A stretch of DNA of 64,000 nt from positions 59,212,001 through 59,276,000 of the forward strand of contig OZ076409.1 of assembly GCA_964187785.1 (NCBI GenBank). The letters run 5' to 3'. Shown in pieces: positions 49,201 to 60,920 of the stretch. Each line of letters begins with the position of its first letter. Within the stretch, counting starts at the first letter, position 1. The notes below the pieces were generated by a model. The model was not told the DNA's origin and ran no database searches. It was given only the letters and a program-made list of their open reading frames with translations. The stretch is from Amphiscolops sp. MND2022. Lineage: Eukaryota. The translations under genes and the position numbers were made by a program.

Positions 49201-52200
49201 TTGGTAGAGAAAAGCAAAAATAAAAGGAGCAACGGTGAGCAGCCAGACCTTTGTGACTTTGAGCAAGTCACTTTGAAACCACAGCTTCAAGCCCACCATT
49301 GCTTGACCACTTGGCTGCATATATGGTACCATAGCTTTCTATGGGGAGATAGTATCCGAAATGGCGCCGACTTAGAAAAGCAGAACTGCTTATTCGGCGT
49401 CCACCCCCGGTAATGGGGAAATTAACTACTCCGACTTTTGCAACAGAATGGATGTTAAAAAATCCCCATAGGGCCCCCCTTTCTGCATTTTTCGGCACTA
49501 TGACACCGTTCAAAAGGTCTCCAAAGGGTCCCTAATTTTTTGATATTTTGCAACAGGAAGGATATTTGAAAAAAATCCCACACGGTCCCCCTTTTTAGCG
49601 CACCAGGTGTTTTGAAACTTTGAGTTTTTCATGAAAAAAGTCCTGAGCATATTTTAAAAAGTTAAAAAGTATGCTGTTTTTGAGCCTCAGGTATTGCGCC
49701 GACTTGAGACGTTACGGTTTTGTTATTTATACGGTACGGAACAGATCTCATGCTTTATTTGATTACTTTTATTCAGACTAGTTCAAGAGCAGGGTTGGCC
49801 ATTTTATGTTTTAAATTAATTTTAAACAAAACAAAAAAGTTTGAAAACATGTTTAAAATTCCCTCGGACAAAGACAGAAAAACAAGCTTGAAAGAATGAT
49901 CATATTCAATATCATTCAAATATCGCATCACAAAAGTAAGTTTTTCAACTTTCTGAACTCCAAGCCTGTTGCGAGTGCCAATTTCAGTAATCCTTCGAGA
50001 TAGATTTTCATTTTCACTTGACATTTCATTAATTTGCTCATTTTAGACGCCTACTTGTCTGTCTACAAGGATTACATCTAAATGAAATAAAAAACCTTTG
50101 ATGGGATTGATTTTTATTCAAAATAAAGCAGTGTTTTAAAACTGTTTTAAAACGTGTTTTAAAACACCCATGTTTTATTTTGGCCAACCCTGTTCGAAAG
50201 TTTTATTTTCCATTTTAGGTTTCTCATTAATCGCAAACTTCTCAATCTGCATTTTTTGTCATGATCAAATGTTTTTAGCCGCGGAGTACTGTTCATCGTG
50301 GATTTTGAATGGATGCAAAGCTGTTGATAAAGATGATACCGGAGAAGTATTTTGCATTGAAAAAATTTTAATCTATCGAAGAGCAAGCAATTGAAGATTG
50401 AATGGGTTTGTTTTCCACTGTTTTTTGGGAGAGAAATGACAGGTTATCGCTTTGAAGACCATGTTTTTCCGCGATGGCAACTATTCCTTCCTTTTTTATG
50501 CAATTTGTGTGAAGTTGTATTTTGCATGCAGCAAAAAAACTATCTTTTCGATTAAGTTGACCGATGGCTAATTTCTTTTAGAGTTCCTTGTGGGTTTGCG
50601 GCCATTTCGAACGTCCTGACATTCAAGAAAGAGGATCGATTTGATTCTTTCGTGTTGGCAGAGACTTTCAAATATTTGTACCTCATCTTCACAAGTGACG
50701 ACGAACTTTGGTTCGATGTTGAGAACTTTGTTTTCACCACAGAAGCCCACCTCATTCCTCTCAATTGGAAGGCCGACTACTTAGCAGGTACGATCGGAGA
50801 ATTCTGCTCTGAGAATAAAAGTCAGGATTCTGACATCGCTAAATTTAACCGCTGATCGCTAAGCCACTAATTTCGCAATCGCTGATCAAGAAGGGTTTTT
50901 AGTCGGCGCTTCATGAAGTGAAACTCGACTATTCTAGTGATTTTTTTTTCAATCCACACGAACTGACCACAATAGTTCTTAAAAGTTCTACGATACTTTA
51001 AGGTGTCAAATTGGACCATTTGGCCTGAGGTACTTAACCAAAAGAGAACAAAAGTCAGCATAACATACAATAACGGGCTAGACTAAAGGGTCCCCCTTTT
51101 CAGTTTTTTCCGGCATTGAGACATTTTTTCAATAAAATCACCAAGGGTCCCCTTCAATTTTTTTTGATGTTTTGCGACAGAAATGTTGAAAAATTCGAAA
51201 GGGTCCTCCTTTTAGCGCGCCAATTCGGTCCAACTTTTGGGTTTTCCGGGTACTGTAAAAGAGGATACTTGATATTTTGCTATTTTTGATGCCTTTTGCT
51301 ATTTTTGAGCCTTAGATATGGCGCCGACTTATGCCGTTCCCGGCTTGTTTCATTTTCAGTTGATTTACAAACACATAATTGAAGTAATTTTTTGGAAGTA
51401 AGGTCTTTTTGGAGACAAGACTGATTTCCAAAAAGTGGCTGTTTTCTATGGATAGAACTAGAACTTCGTTTACAGATAACTCAGCGCTTTCAAAGAACTC
51501 ATGCCAATCCCGATGGTTTTTGGTATATTTTATACTGTCTCCGTATATGCCACAGTTTTGTGTGCACTGTTGAAAATCGCTGTTAAAACAGTTATCGCTA
51601 ACTCCAATTCGCTTCGAAAGTCTTCCGCTGAGCCAAATTGCTCAACCATTTGTTGGAAGTGTTTTTTATTTACCCTAATTTTCAATTTAGTGTTAAGATC
51701 TCTGAGTTTCTATTTAAAAATAACGTCGGGGAGTAAGTATCTCTTTCAACTGATCTTTAACGTTGTCTATCAAATGGTATCGTAACAAAATCATCAAATC
51801 ATGTTAACATAAATGCGACAGAAATCAACTAGAGTTTGTAAATAGTATTTAAACAACTCTCTGTCTAAAGTATTTCAGGTTATGAAATGTGGCAGTTTTA
51901 TATTGGCATTCCACATCCCCCTCCAGGTAAAATGGGCTATGTATGGCTGTTTGAGTTTGAATGTCCGTATCATACGGTTCGTTTGTAGATTCTCTGTAAT
52001 TGACCGTATATTTCGGTTGTCCAGTTCCTCGTTACTGTTTGTCTCCAGTTGCTCCGGTTGGTTGATCTGTTTTTCCTGTAAAATACAATTGTTACTTGTC
52101 TTCTTTTTTTTGTTATTAGTATAGTATGGGATACCGCCTAATTTTTCGGGTTGTTTGGCATAGGGTAAACTTTTTGATTTTCTCACAGTTAGGTGGGATT

Positions 52201-55200
52201 CGTCAAATGGTTCGTTCATTTTCATATCTGTTTCTGGGGTTAGGTTTGCTTCTTTTGACAGGAGTTGCAGCTCGTCATCCAAGTTGGTGTGCATTGGTTT
52301 TCTTTCGCTAGTATTGTAGCACTGGAAATCATCATCTGACACCATGCTCAGATCGAGTTCCACAGGTTTGCTTGCTGATTTGCCGGGACTAGTAAATTGT
52401 CCTCTCTCGTTACTCGGTTGCTCTTTTCTTTTGAGCCAATCATCGCTGTTCTCGGTGTTTTCTGGACACGGCGGTTCTTTTCTGCGGTAACCGCAAATTG
52501 TTGTGTCCCGGTCGTCTTTGAGCAGGATGGCTGGTAAATTGCCCGTCGAGAGTCTTGTATTGATTCTCTTCTTTGGTGTGGCTGTGTTCTGAAAAGGTAT
52601 TTGGTTAGAAATTAGTTTCCTGTGTATGATTGTTTTTGTCGGTGGTGATGGTGTGCTTGGTACCAGAGACTGCAATCTGCGGTTTGTTATCGAATTTACT
52701 ACCGAGTGAGCTTTTCGTATGGACTTTGTCGAAAAAAGTAAACGGTAAGGTGGGATTTTTGTTGTTACTTACCGTATTTGACGGTTTTTTGTTTTGGGTG
52801 AAAGCCATCCCCTCCGATACTTCGGGTCGTTGCTTTTCTTTTTGGACATCACCAGGTGGTCCGTGATTTCTCCGGCGGAATGGCGGGTAATGTAGACTGA
52901 CAAGTCTTTGGAGTCAACTGAAGTAGTATTTTTCAGGTTGGATAATTTAGTTCCCGGAATGCAGTTCGAAAGGAGTTTTCTTCGTTTCTGCATGTGTGGT
53001 GAATCGGAGAACATACAGTGTATCATTTAGGCTTTCCCGTAAATTCTGTATTTCTTCTAAATTTGCTTTTATCAGATGCTTCAGTGATTGGATGGTTCTC
53101 TCAACCAATCCTGTACCGGTATGTAGATTTTGAATGCCGTAATCACGGATTGTTGTATTCGCTGCAAAAGCTTTTATATTCTTTTGAAATAGAGGCACTG
53201 CCTTTATCTGATTTAATTTTTCTCGGTACGCCGTATACGTTTATATATTCCCGTAGGAATGTTGTAACCGTATCGTGGTTTGTGTTTTTGCATATTTAAG
53301 CTGCCGGCAACTGCTATTTGTCTACGGCAACTAAGATCTGAGTTTCTACTTAAAAACAACGTCGGGGAGTAAGTATCTCTTTCAACTGATCTTTAACGTT
53401 GTCTATAAAACGAATGGTATCGTAACAAACTCATCAAATGATGTAAACATAAATGCGACAGAAATCAATTAGAGTTTATATGTAAATAGTATTTAAACAA
53501 CTCTGTCTAAAGTATTTCAGGTTATGAAATGTGGCAGTTTGACCTTGGCTTTTCACATTTAGTGATGTTTCAAGTTTGGGAAATGGTAACTAAGTCTCTT
53601 TTAAAAAAATGCCATAGTGTAGTTTTATTAGCAATTGGTAGAACAATAAAAGTGGTTTCTTAGCATGGAGATAAGCTGCTTTTGTATAGAAAAAGTGCCA
53701 AAAAGATGTACTTTCGAACTTTATGAGCAAGTTTTCAATGTATGTTGCCAAAACAATTAGATCCCGGAAAAATCCGTTGCTTAGCGGGCTTCTTGTTTTC
53801 ATATAATTAACATTGCTCATAAAAATACCAAATAGTATTTAAAATAATCAATATTGAAAAGAACCAGAAATTCGAACGCTATTATTCTTCAAACGAATAT
53901 TCCAGGTGTTGTTGCACATGACGAAGTCAATGTGCATTGCAGTCCAGCTAAGTAAGTTTTTTTTCCACTATAGTCAACTTCATAATGAGCGCCTTTTAGA
54001 AAAAAGCCAAAACCCCAGAGAGATTCGAACCTGCAGCCTCCCGATTGCACGGCATAAGTGTTGACCACTGTGCCATGGGGACGTTATTGAACAAAGTTGA
54101 ACTGTTGAATATATACGCATGCGATTTTAATAATATATACGCATATTAAAATAATCGATGTCTTCGTCATGTGTTGCGAAGCACCGCTTCGCCTCTGTGT
54201 TTTAGTTTTATTTTGATCTGCAATTGTGTTATTAATTAAACTGAAATTAATCTAGTCTTGAGTAACGTTTTGATTAGTTATAATTTGAACTTACCAACGT
54301 CGATTTTCTCACATAGACTTTGGAAACATTTTGAAAACATTCTCGTTAGATGTTAATTTTCACAACTGATATGACAATATTAGAGCATAATTCTGGTGTT
54401 TCGTCTTGCAGGCAATTCAAGCCACCACAGTTTTTTCGACAGCAGATTCGAGCAGCCGTCGCCGCAAGCACCTATTGTTGGCGGAGACAAAGACGATTTC
54501 TACACTTTATCAACTTCTTACGACAATACCTGTCAGAATTTCGATTTGATGAACAACCCATTTTACGCATTGGACGTCAGGAAACCTCTATGGGGCTTTG
54601 TTATGAAAGATGCACATAAGGTCAATACTCAGACTCCCTTGTGTTCGAATAGTGACTCCTTTTTCGATGCACCTACGGTTACTGTGTCTTCGGCTGCTTT
54701 CGGGGATGCATATTTCGATATAACTGTGAGAAAGATCTTGTTTTCAAAACAAAGTCTTTTATGGGAAATTCATTGGAAGTTTTTTTCAATCTACGATTTG
54801 ATTTCAATGAGAGAATGAATGCCAATGCTGGTTCAATTTTTAAACTTTGAGACTTTTGTTTTCATTTACTTTCCAACAAATTTCCGACTAATTTCATAAA
54901 GCAAAAATTGCCAAATTCATCCCTTCTTCGATTCAGTGGCACATTTATTTCGACCCCCAAAGATTTCAAGCCCATTTCTGCCCAAGAGTTTGATCACGCG
55001 AACTCTCAGCACGTGTCAATTCTTTCCATGATGGGCATTCAAATTGTTCAACAACTCGACGGGTCTCTGCAACTGAGCCACAGGTAATTTCAACAACTCA
55101 GTCACATTTTTCTAGAAATGGTTTAGCTGGGACATTACAGTAAACCCTCGATTATCCGCCACTCGATTATCCACCAACTTTGGTCATCCGCCACAAATCT

Positions 55201-58200
55201 ACCGGGACATTTTGCTATAACACCCGCGTCTAAGCTCCCTTGATTAACCGCCACTCTCACTTATCCGCCATAATTCGCGCTGGACCAATGGTGGCGGATA
55301 ATCGAGGGTTTACTGTACGAATCAAGCTCAAGGCCATACAGCATTAAAGTTCAACTGCAAGGTTTGCTGATGTTGATTTTGACTCAACAATGAAATTATA
55401 TTTCCCAAATCCCGCTGGGTGGACGCTGAATAAGCATATAAGCTTTTCTAAGCCGGCGCCTCTTCGGATACCATCTTCCCACAGCAAGCTTAACGATACT
55501 ATGTACCCGCCATAACAATGCATAAGTTGAACAGTACATCCGAAAAAATGTTTGATGGTAGAGTAAAGCTTTCTGTATTACCATCCATAAATTGATGATT
55601 AACAAACGAAGACAAACAATGCAGGTAAGAGGATAAATCACCTACCGAAAATTTCATTTGTTTGAGTTCTGCTGAGGAATTTCTTCTTGCTCATAGGGCT
55701 AGAAATGACTAAATTCACAAACAAGTCAGTCAAGTGCAGATTCAGTTAGATTTGATTTTTCTCTTGTGTTTTGATTCGCCGGTGTGCCGTGTAATTGTTG
55801 CTAGTGAAAAATGTCGCACCTCGAAAGAACTCCGCTACTATGGACTTGAAGCCGATTAACCGTGTTCAATGTATTACAGATGTGTAAAAATATTGCGATG
55901 AAAACCATGTTTCACGTTCGTCTGCTCCGGTAAAGTTGATTGCATTTGTCTGCAGGTCGGAAGATGCACTCAACCCCGCTTTGGGCCAAATGGGGTTAAA
56001 GTTCATAGCCGACATGTGGAAACTGAACGAGCAAAGCAAAGCCACCCAGAAGGTTGCCGTAGTGCAGATACTCAGCGCTCCTTACTACGGGTCCATGGTG
56101 TTCAAAGTGGGCGGAGCTCTCTTCGGCTATGACCTGTCAGTTAAGCCTGAGATATCTGGTTACGTCATCATGGCTTCGCCCTTTGATGCCTGCACTGTTG
56201 ATGCGATGTCACCGAGTATGGAAGGGTACATAGTTCTTGCTCAAAGAGGAAACTGTCTATTTGCAGAGAAGGTAATGCGTTACACTTCTCATGATTATCT
56301 TTCGTAAAATTAATTTTTGTCTGTGTGATATGATCTTGTATCATATTGCAGCTGCATTTTTGTTTAAAGATATTTTTTTTGAATATTTTTCATGATTTCT
56401 CGAGTTGACTTGCTATCAAATCCATGATTTTTCCGCTTGATTGGAATACTTCTAGGCCAGAGTTTTGCTCAATGCTGACCTTTTAAATTGTTTGCTTGCT
56501 CTGTCAATTTCCCCTCCAATTTATATGAAGAATTGTATTCTTTGGTACTAAACTGCTTCGACGAAACTCTAATTTCATGCGTCAAATATCCTCATATGTT
56601 GCCCATTAGATGTTCAATTTTCCATTTCTAAAAGTTAATTGTTCATCGCAACGAGATTAATTATAATCGAATGATACTATTTGAAAACTTCTATTATAAT
56701 TTCGCTTCAGGCTCGTGCGGTAGAAGAACTAGGAGCGGTTGGCATCATAGTAATGGACAATGTGGCGGACACGAGTGTTGAGGATAACGAACTGTTTTCT
56801 CTGTCGGTAGACAACAACCCCAAACCTATACATATCCCCACAGTCTTCGCCTATTACAAGGAGGGAATGGCGCTCCTAGCTCTGCTCAAAAACGAGGGAA
56901 AGCTCTTCGTTCGATTAGCAGGTGAGCAGCACTCTTCGAAGCAAGGTTTCAGGGTTTCAAAATGCACGGTCGATTGAGCATTTTAAAAAAGTAAAGAACG
57001 AAGAAAAAATTTCGAAAATTTAGAAGTAAACCGAGTCAATATTTTTTGGAAGTATTTTGAAACACGAATCTCTGAAGAAACACTGAATTTTGAACACAAA
57101 TTTATCAGCGGTATTAGAACGTTAAAATGTTAATCACTCGAATGTAAATGCAAAAAAAAGTTTCATTGACCAAAGTAAATTGATATCTCCAAATAAAAAA
57201 GTCTTATCAAATTGAGGAAACTTTCCTAAGTTTTGCATTTTTTCTTTGAAAATTTTTTAATTGATTAATTTCCAAAAAATCATCAAAAGTTTCATCGATT
57301 TTTTAAATGTAATCTGTAACATTGGCCCCAAATGAAACTTTCAAAGTATTTTCTCCCATATATTTTATCATTTGTACCAGAACTGTTCTGTAAGTAATAC
57401 GACTGTTTTTAACACAAAACGTTTCTCACCATACAGGTAGAGCAGAGGGCTTCGAGGTGCTAGAGCAATACTACGACTTGAAACTGAAGTTTACAGAGTT
57501 TGTTCCGCTAAAAGAACTTCATAAGTACAGCGAATATGTCATCACCAATGACGATGAAGATTTTGAAGAATCGTTGAAGTCTTACTCCACGAAGGGTGGC
57601 GAAATGGATGACGTAATTTTTGCAGATGATGCAACAGATGAAGTGTCCCCGAAGGATGATGAGGATTCGAGCGGTCCTGTTGAATTTGCCCTTCATGGAA
57701 ACAGTTTGGAGGTTGAGCGAAACCCATTGCAGGGTCTGCCGCCTCCGTTCTCAATGGCGAAAGCGATGATCGTCAAACATATCGTACTCATGGGTGAAAA
57801 ATCAGACATTTCAGGTAATCACTGCTGCTGAAAATTAAAAAGAAGCAGATGCTTCAGAAACTGGTTTGACGTATTCTCATTCACAACTAAAACGACGGTG
57901 TCATGTTGAAGAAAAAGTTGAGTCAACTATGAGCGATAATAATGATCTGAATAATAACTTTTCGAATGATCTGAACCCCGTTTCAGAAGAGAAATCTATA
58001 AGATATGATTATTGAATGTGAAAATGTTAGCAAAAATCAAAACTTTCTACTTTTCTCAATTTTTCGTTTGTAAGAAGTAATTTGGCTCATTGCACGAAAT
58101 ACAGTCCTGTGATAAACAAGCCGGGAAAGGCCCAAATCGGCGCCGTATCTAAGGCTCAAAAATAGCAAAAGGACTACAAAGTGTTAACATATTCTTCTAC

Positions 58201-60224
58201 AGTACCCGAAATGTTGGACCGAATTGGCGCGCCAGGAGCTTTATCGAAAAAAAAGCACTGACGAAAAGCCATGACTATAGTCGACTCTTTTCGTAGAAAA
58301 GCGCCGACTTAAAATGGAACCCATAATAGATACCAATGTTTGGAGCACTCCATGTTCTGATCATGTTTGAAACTATTCATAATCAGGACAAATATTTTGA
58401 TTAATAGCAAGACGCCCGCTATGCACCGGGATATTTTCCGCTTTCAATTGACTAACAATAGACGCTTAATCCAAAATTTGCCTACCTTGGCAAAACGCAA
58501 TTTACTTCGGATATAACGTCAACAATTCGGAAATAGCGCAATACAGTGGATCCCGGATATAATCAACGTCAGGGAAACGACTATTGGTGTTTCTTATAAT
58601 CGAACTTTCTTATATCCGGGTTTTAAAAGGAATGAAATTCTCAATCGGGGCCAAGATACGCATTGACTATAAGCGGGTGTTTCTTATAAGCGAGTATTAG
58701 TAAAAGTAACTAAAATAGAGAAACTGCCATATCCGGGCCATATTAACTATAATATAATAAAGTCAAGTAACTAAAATAGTCAAGCAGCTATAAAATAGTC
58801 AAGTAACTATAAAAACATAGTGAAGTGGGTGGAAAAACCGACAGAAGAAATTGATGGAGATTTGACAAAATTTGGAGAAAAACGCGACACAGATTATGAT
58901 TTTCCTCCCCCATTTTATGTGGGCGGAAAATAATAAGGTGTTCACACCTCACTATGTATTAAATTTGCGCTTCAAGTTTTTGATTTTTGCGTAATTTAGA
59001 AACAATTTTGATTTTATCACGTTTTTATTCATTTTACGATTCATCGCTGTCCATTGATTGTACTGTGAAACTTTGAAGCTCTTAGTGTTTATACCTCCGA
59101 AGAAAATCGACCATCTCCGCTGAAATAATTTCGGTATTTGTATTGAGATTGGGTGTATAAAAGCTGGTGAGATGCAAAATTCATCTCGTACTGGTAGTAA
59201 CATTTCCAAAATTAGAGGAAACTAAACTAAACATGACGCCCGCTAAGCACTTTTGTATATTTATAGTCCTTTTGTATATTTAAAAAACTTTACTCTTTTG
59301 AACCTTGAGCGGGGCACTCCCACTTGGGCCGTTCCCGGTTTGTTTAGAATTGAGCAAAATCAGTAGGTGTTCCAAACTTAATCACCAAAAAGAGGTTGCA
59401 TTCTTCTATCACAAGACTTGATTAGGCATGCCTTATAGTAGGAGAAACACGGTTTATTCCCCGTTAATCATGAAAAGGAGCATTGACAATTCCCATGAAA
59501 GTAGATGGAACATGAAGCTAGCTTTTTAGTCGGCGTTTTCGAAGAAAATCCCGACTCTTACAGTGGCTAGTTTTTTTTTCGTCAGTTCAACGCGTAACGT
59601 CCACTTTTCAACGCGTAACGTTCAACGCGTAAATCCAATTAATGCACATTTACCAACTTTTACCATATGTACTTAATACTTCATTTTCAACGCATCCAAA
59701 GCGTCTAACATGAGAAAAAGCGTCCCCCCTTTTACATTTTCGGCACTATGCGACTTACCGGAAACTTCGAAAAAAAATTTCAAAAATTCGAAATTTTTCT
59801 CAATTTTTAGTTTTTTGAGAGCTTTTGTTGTCTCCAGTTGTAGAAAAAGTGGTTTTCGAGTCTTTTTGAGCCTTAGATATGGCGCCGACTTGGGCCGTTC
59901 CCGGCTTGTTCTACGATAAATTTGAGCATTCTTTGTGTAGATGCATTTGACAACTTGGACTCAGAAATTAATGACGCCTCATTGGCAGCCGTCTTCTACA
60001 ACGAGATCCCCACTTTGGGAATGCGTGTATCCATGGTTGCCAGGAGTGGTCGTGCCAAGGTCAGTCTTATGGACGGCTTCAAGGAGCAGTTCAAGGAGAT
60101 CGTGAAACAGTTCCGCGCCCAGGGCTTCCTAAAGATACAGATCGATCGAATGACCAATGGCGTCGCTAGACTCAAAGGTCCTTTCACTGATATGACCATT
60201 ATCTCTGAAAGTTTAATGTTTTGA
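46045..60224 (+). CDS. EDEM3: ER degradation-enhancing alpha-mannosidase-like protein 3 (GH47 + PA domain). Exons 46045-46246, 46861-47098, 47428-47584, 47930-48361, 48630-48865, 50582-50787, 54412-~54650, ~54937-55083, 55956-56271, 56711-56921, 57437-57814, 59941-~60224 (3' end uncertain)
   Basis: Signal peptide [105 protein letters not shown] domain [27 protein letters not shown] marks it as EDEM3 among EDEMs. Confidence 0.92.
46861..47098 (+). CDS. EDEM3: EDEM3 exon 2
   Basis: RGDIDDALG...[12 protein letters not shown]. Confidence 0.92.
47428..47584 (+). CDS. EDEM3: EDEM3 exon 3
   Basis: WYKDELL...[22 protein letters not shown]. Confidence 0.92.
47930..48361 (+). CDS. EDEM3: EDEM3 exon 4
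   Basis: [19 protein letters not shown]...GIDSYYEY...AFWPAIQ. Confidence 0.92.
48630..48865 (+). CDS. EDEM3: EDEM3 exon 5
   Basis: FLPEAF...[20 protein letters not shown]. Confidence 0.92.
49056..49432 (+). mobile_element. tRNA-derived SINE
   Basis: A-box TGATGTAGTGG and B-box GGTTCGAATC, then a GTCCTTAAGCAAGTCCTT..CCCT body typical of tRNA-SINEs. No proper acceptor stem. Confidence 0.6.
49790..50192. mobile_element. hAT-type MITE, related to the 11011 element
   Basis: TIR CAGGGTTGGCCA/TGGCCAACCCTG; TSD TTCAAGAG/TTCGAAAG (6 of 8); TTTAAAAC repeats. Confidence 0.75.
50582..50787 (+). CDS. EDEM3: EDEM3 exon 6
   Basis: VPCGFAA...[16 protein letters not shown]...TTEAH. Confidence 0.92.
50895..51349 (+). 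mobile_element. HINE-like family A copy
   Basis: Both ends are intact. Confidence 0.8.
51691..53557 (-). mobile_element. Internally deleted LTR retrotransposon (Gypsy-like integrase remnant)
   Basis: Direct repeats 51691-51915 (TG...CA) and ~53332-53557; TSD TTTAG at 51686-51690 and 53558-53562; PPT GGAGGGGGA on the minus strand at 51916-51924; integrase motifs [19 protein letters not shown] and [11 protein letters not shown]. Confidence 0.9.
53914..54200 (+). mobile_element. HINE-like family B' element with an antisense tRNA-like segment
   Basis: subTIR CACATGACGAAG (53915) / CTTCGTCATGTG (54162); 3' GCGAAGC-ACC-GCTTCGC-CTCTGTGT. Confidence 0.75.
54412..54651 (+). CDS. EDEM3: EDEM3 exon 7 (donor uncertain: 54620, 54651 or 54725)
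   Basis: Acceptor ttgcag|GC in phase 1; open frame containing TCQN...VRKPL. Confidence 0.65.
54937..55083 (+). CDS. EDEM3: EDEM3 exon 8 (acceptor uncertain; not in the ORF track)
   Basis: [36 protein letters not shown] resembles the EDEM3 intermediate domain; donor AG|gtaatt. Confidence 0.75.
55138..55315. mobile_element. Tc1/mariner (pogo/Tigger-like) MITE
   Basis: Perfect 25-bp TIR CAGTAAACCCTCGATTATCCGCCAC, flanked by TA on both sides. Confidence 0.9.
55956..56271 (+). CDS. EDEM3: EDEM3 exon 9, start of PA domain
   Basis: GALFGYDL...ASPFDAC...[14 protein letters not shown]. Confidence 0.9.
56711..56921 (+). CDS. EDEM3: EDEM3 exon 10, PA domain
   Basis: [17 protein letters not shown]...IHIPTVF; donor G|gtgagc (alternative at 56945). 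Confidence 0.85.
57437..57814 (+). CDS. EDEM3: Probable EDEM3 exon 11, acidic region
   Basis: Acceptor atacag|GT in phase 1; long D/E-rich open frame; donor G|gtaatc. Confidence 0.7.
58114..58313 (-). mobile_element. Minimal (~200 bp) HINE-like family A copy
   Basis: Both ends are present with almost no interior. Confidence 0.75.
58405..58935 (-). mobile_element. Possible HINE-like family D element
   Basis: TATTTTCCGC (58432) / GCGGAAAATA (58923); partial IR at 58899-58931; CCCG-N8-CGGG near the left end; the left-end motif GACGCCCGCTA recurs at 59235. Confidence 0.45.
59523..59910 (+). mobile_element. HINE-like family A copy ending 30 nt before an EDEM3 acceptor
   Basis: Both ends are intact. 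Confidence 0.8.
59941..60224 (+). CDS. EDEM3: Probable EDEM3 exon 12, C-terminal extension
   Basis: Acceptor gtgtag|AT is phase-1 compatible; GC-richer, codon-like open frame. It may splice out at 60177. Confidence 0.55.
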
Positions 60225-60745
60225 CCCTGTTAACTTTTATTGACGTTCCCATCTAAAGTTTGAGTTCTTTGATCTTTTTTTTTCTAGGAGTAAAGACAGG
60301 GGAAAGTTCACTCGAAAAAATTCATAGCAGTGAAACTTTCGCATATTCGATTCCGAAAAGTTATCCATTTCGACAGAAACTTTTTAGTTTTTTTGTCCAT
60401 TTGAAGTCTGAATTTTTAACCAATTCCCTCGAACACAACTTATGGTTACTATTATTTATATTTCTGCTCAAACTGGAGTGTTATTGAAATACAAAATTCT
60501 TTTTTTTTCAGACGAGGTCCGTCCCCCTTTGATGTTTTTTCGTCAGAATTTTTTGGAAATTTTTAAAATTTTGGTTTCGCCAATTAATATTATTGATATT
60601 TTCAGTTAAGAAAAACGTTTTTGAGAGTTGAGCGATCTTTAAGCGAGGCGTCGATTTGGATTTTTTTAATTTACACATAGTTTAAAGAGAATTATAGAGT
60701 TGAGAACAATGTTCTATTAACCCTAGTTGAAAAAAAATACAAATC

Positions 60746-60920
60746 TTGCAAGAATCTTGCAAGATGTCTTGCAAGATCTTGCAAGACAATGCATTTTTCT
60801 GGCAGGTTTCTTGCAAGATTCTTGCAAGATATACATCATCTTGCAAGATTCTTGCAAGAAATACCTCATCTTGCAAGATTCTTGCAAGATGAAACTTTAG
60901 CTTGCAAGAATCTTGCAAGA
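60746..60920. repeat. Tandem array of the palindromic unit TCTTGCAAGA
   Basis: More than 10 copies of TCTTGCAAG(A), partly with a 30-bp higher-order period. Confidence 0.85.

Noticed and set aside
58542..58750. Tigger-like TA-CAGTGGATCCCGGATATAA end
   Set aside because: Only one terminus was found, so it is at most a fragment.
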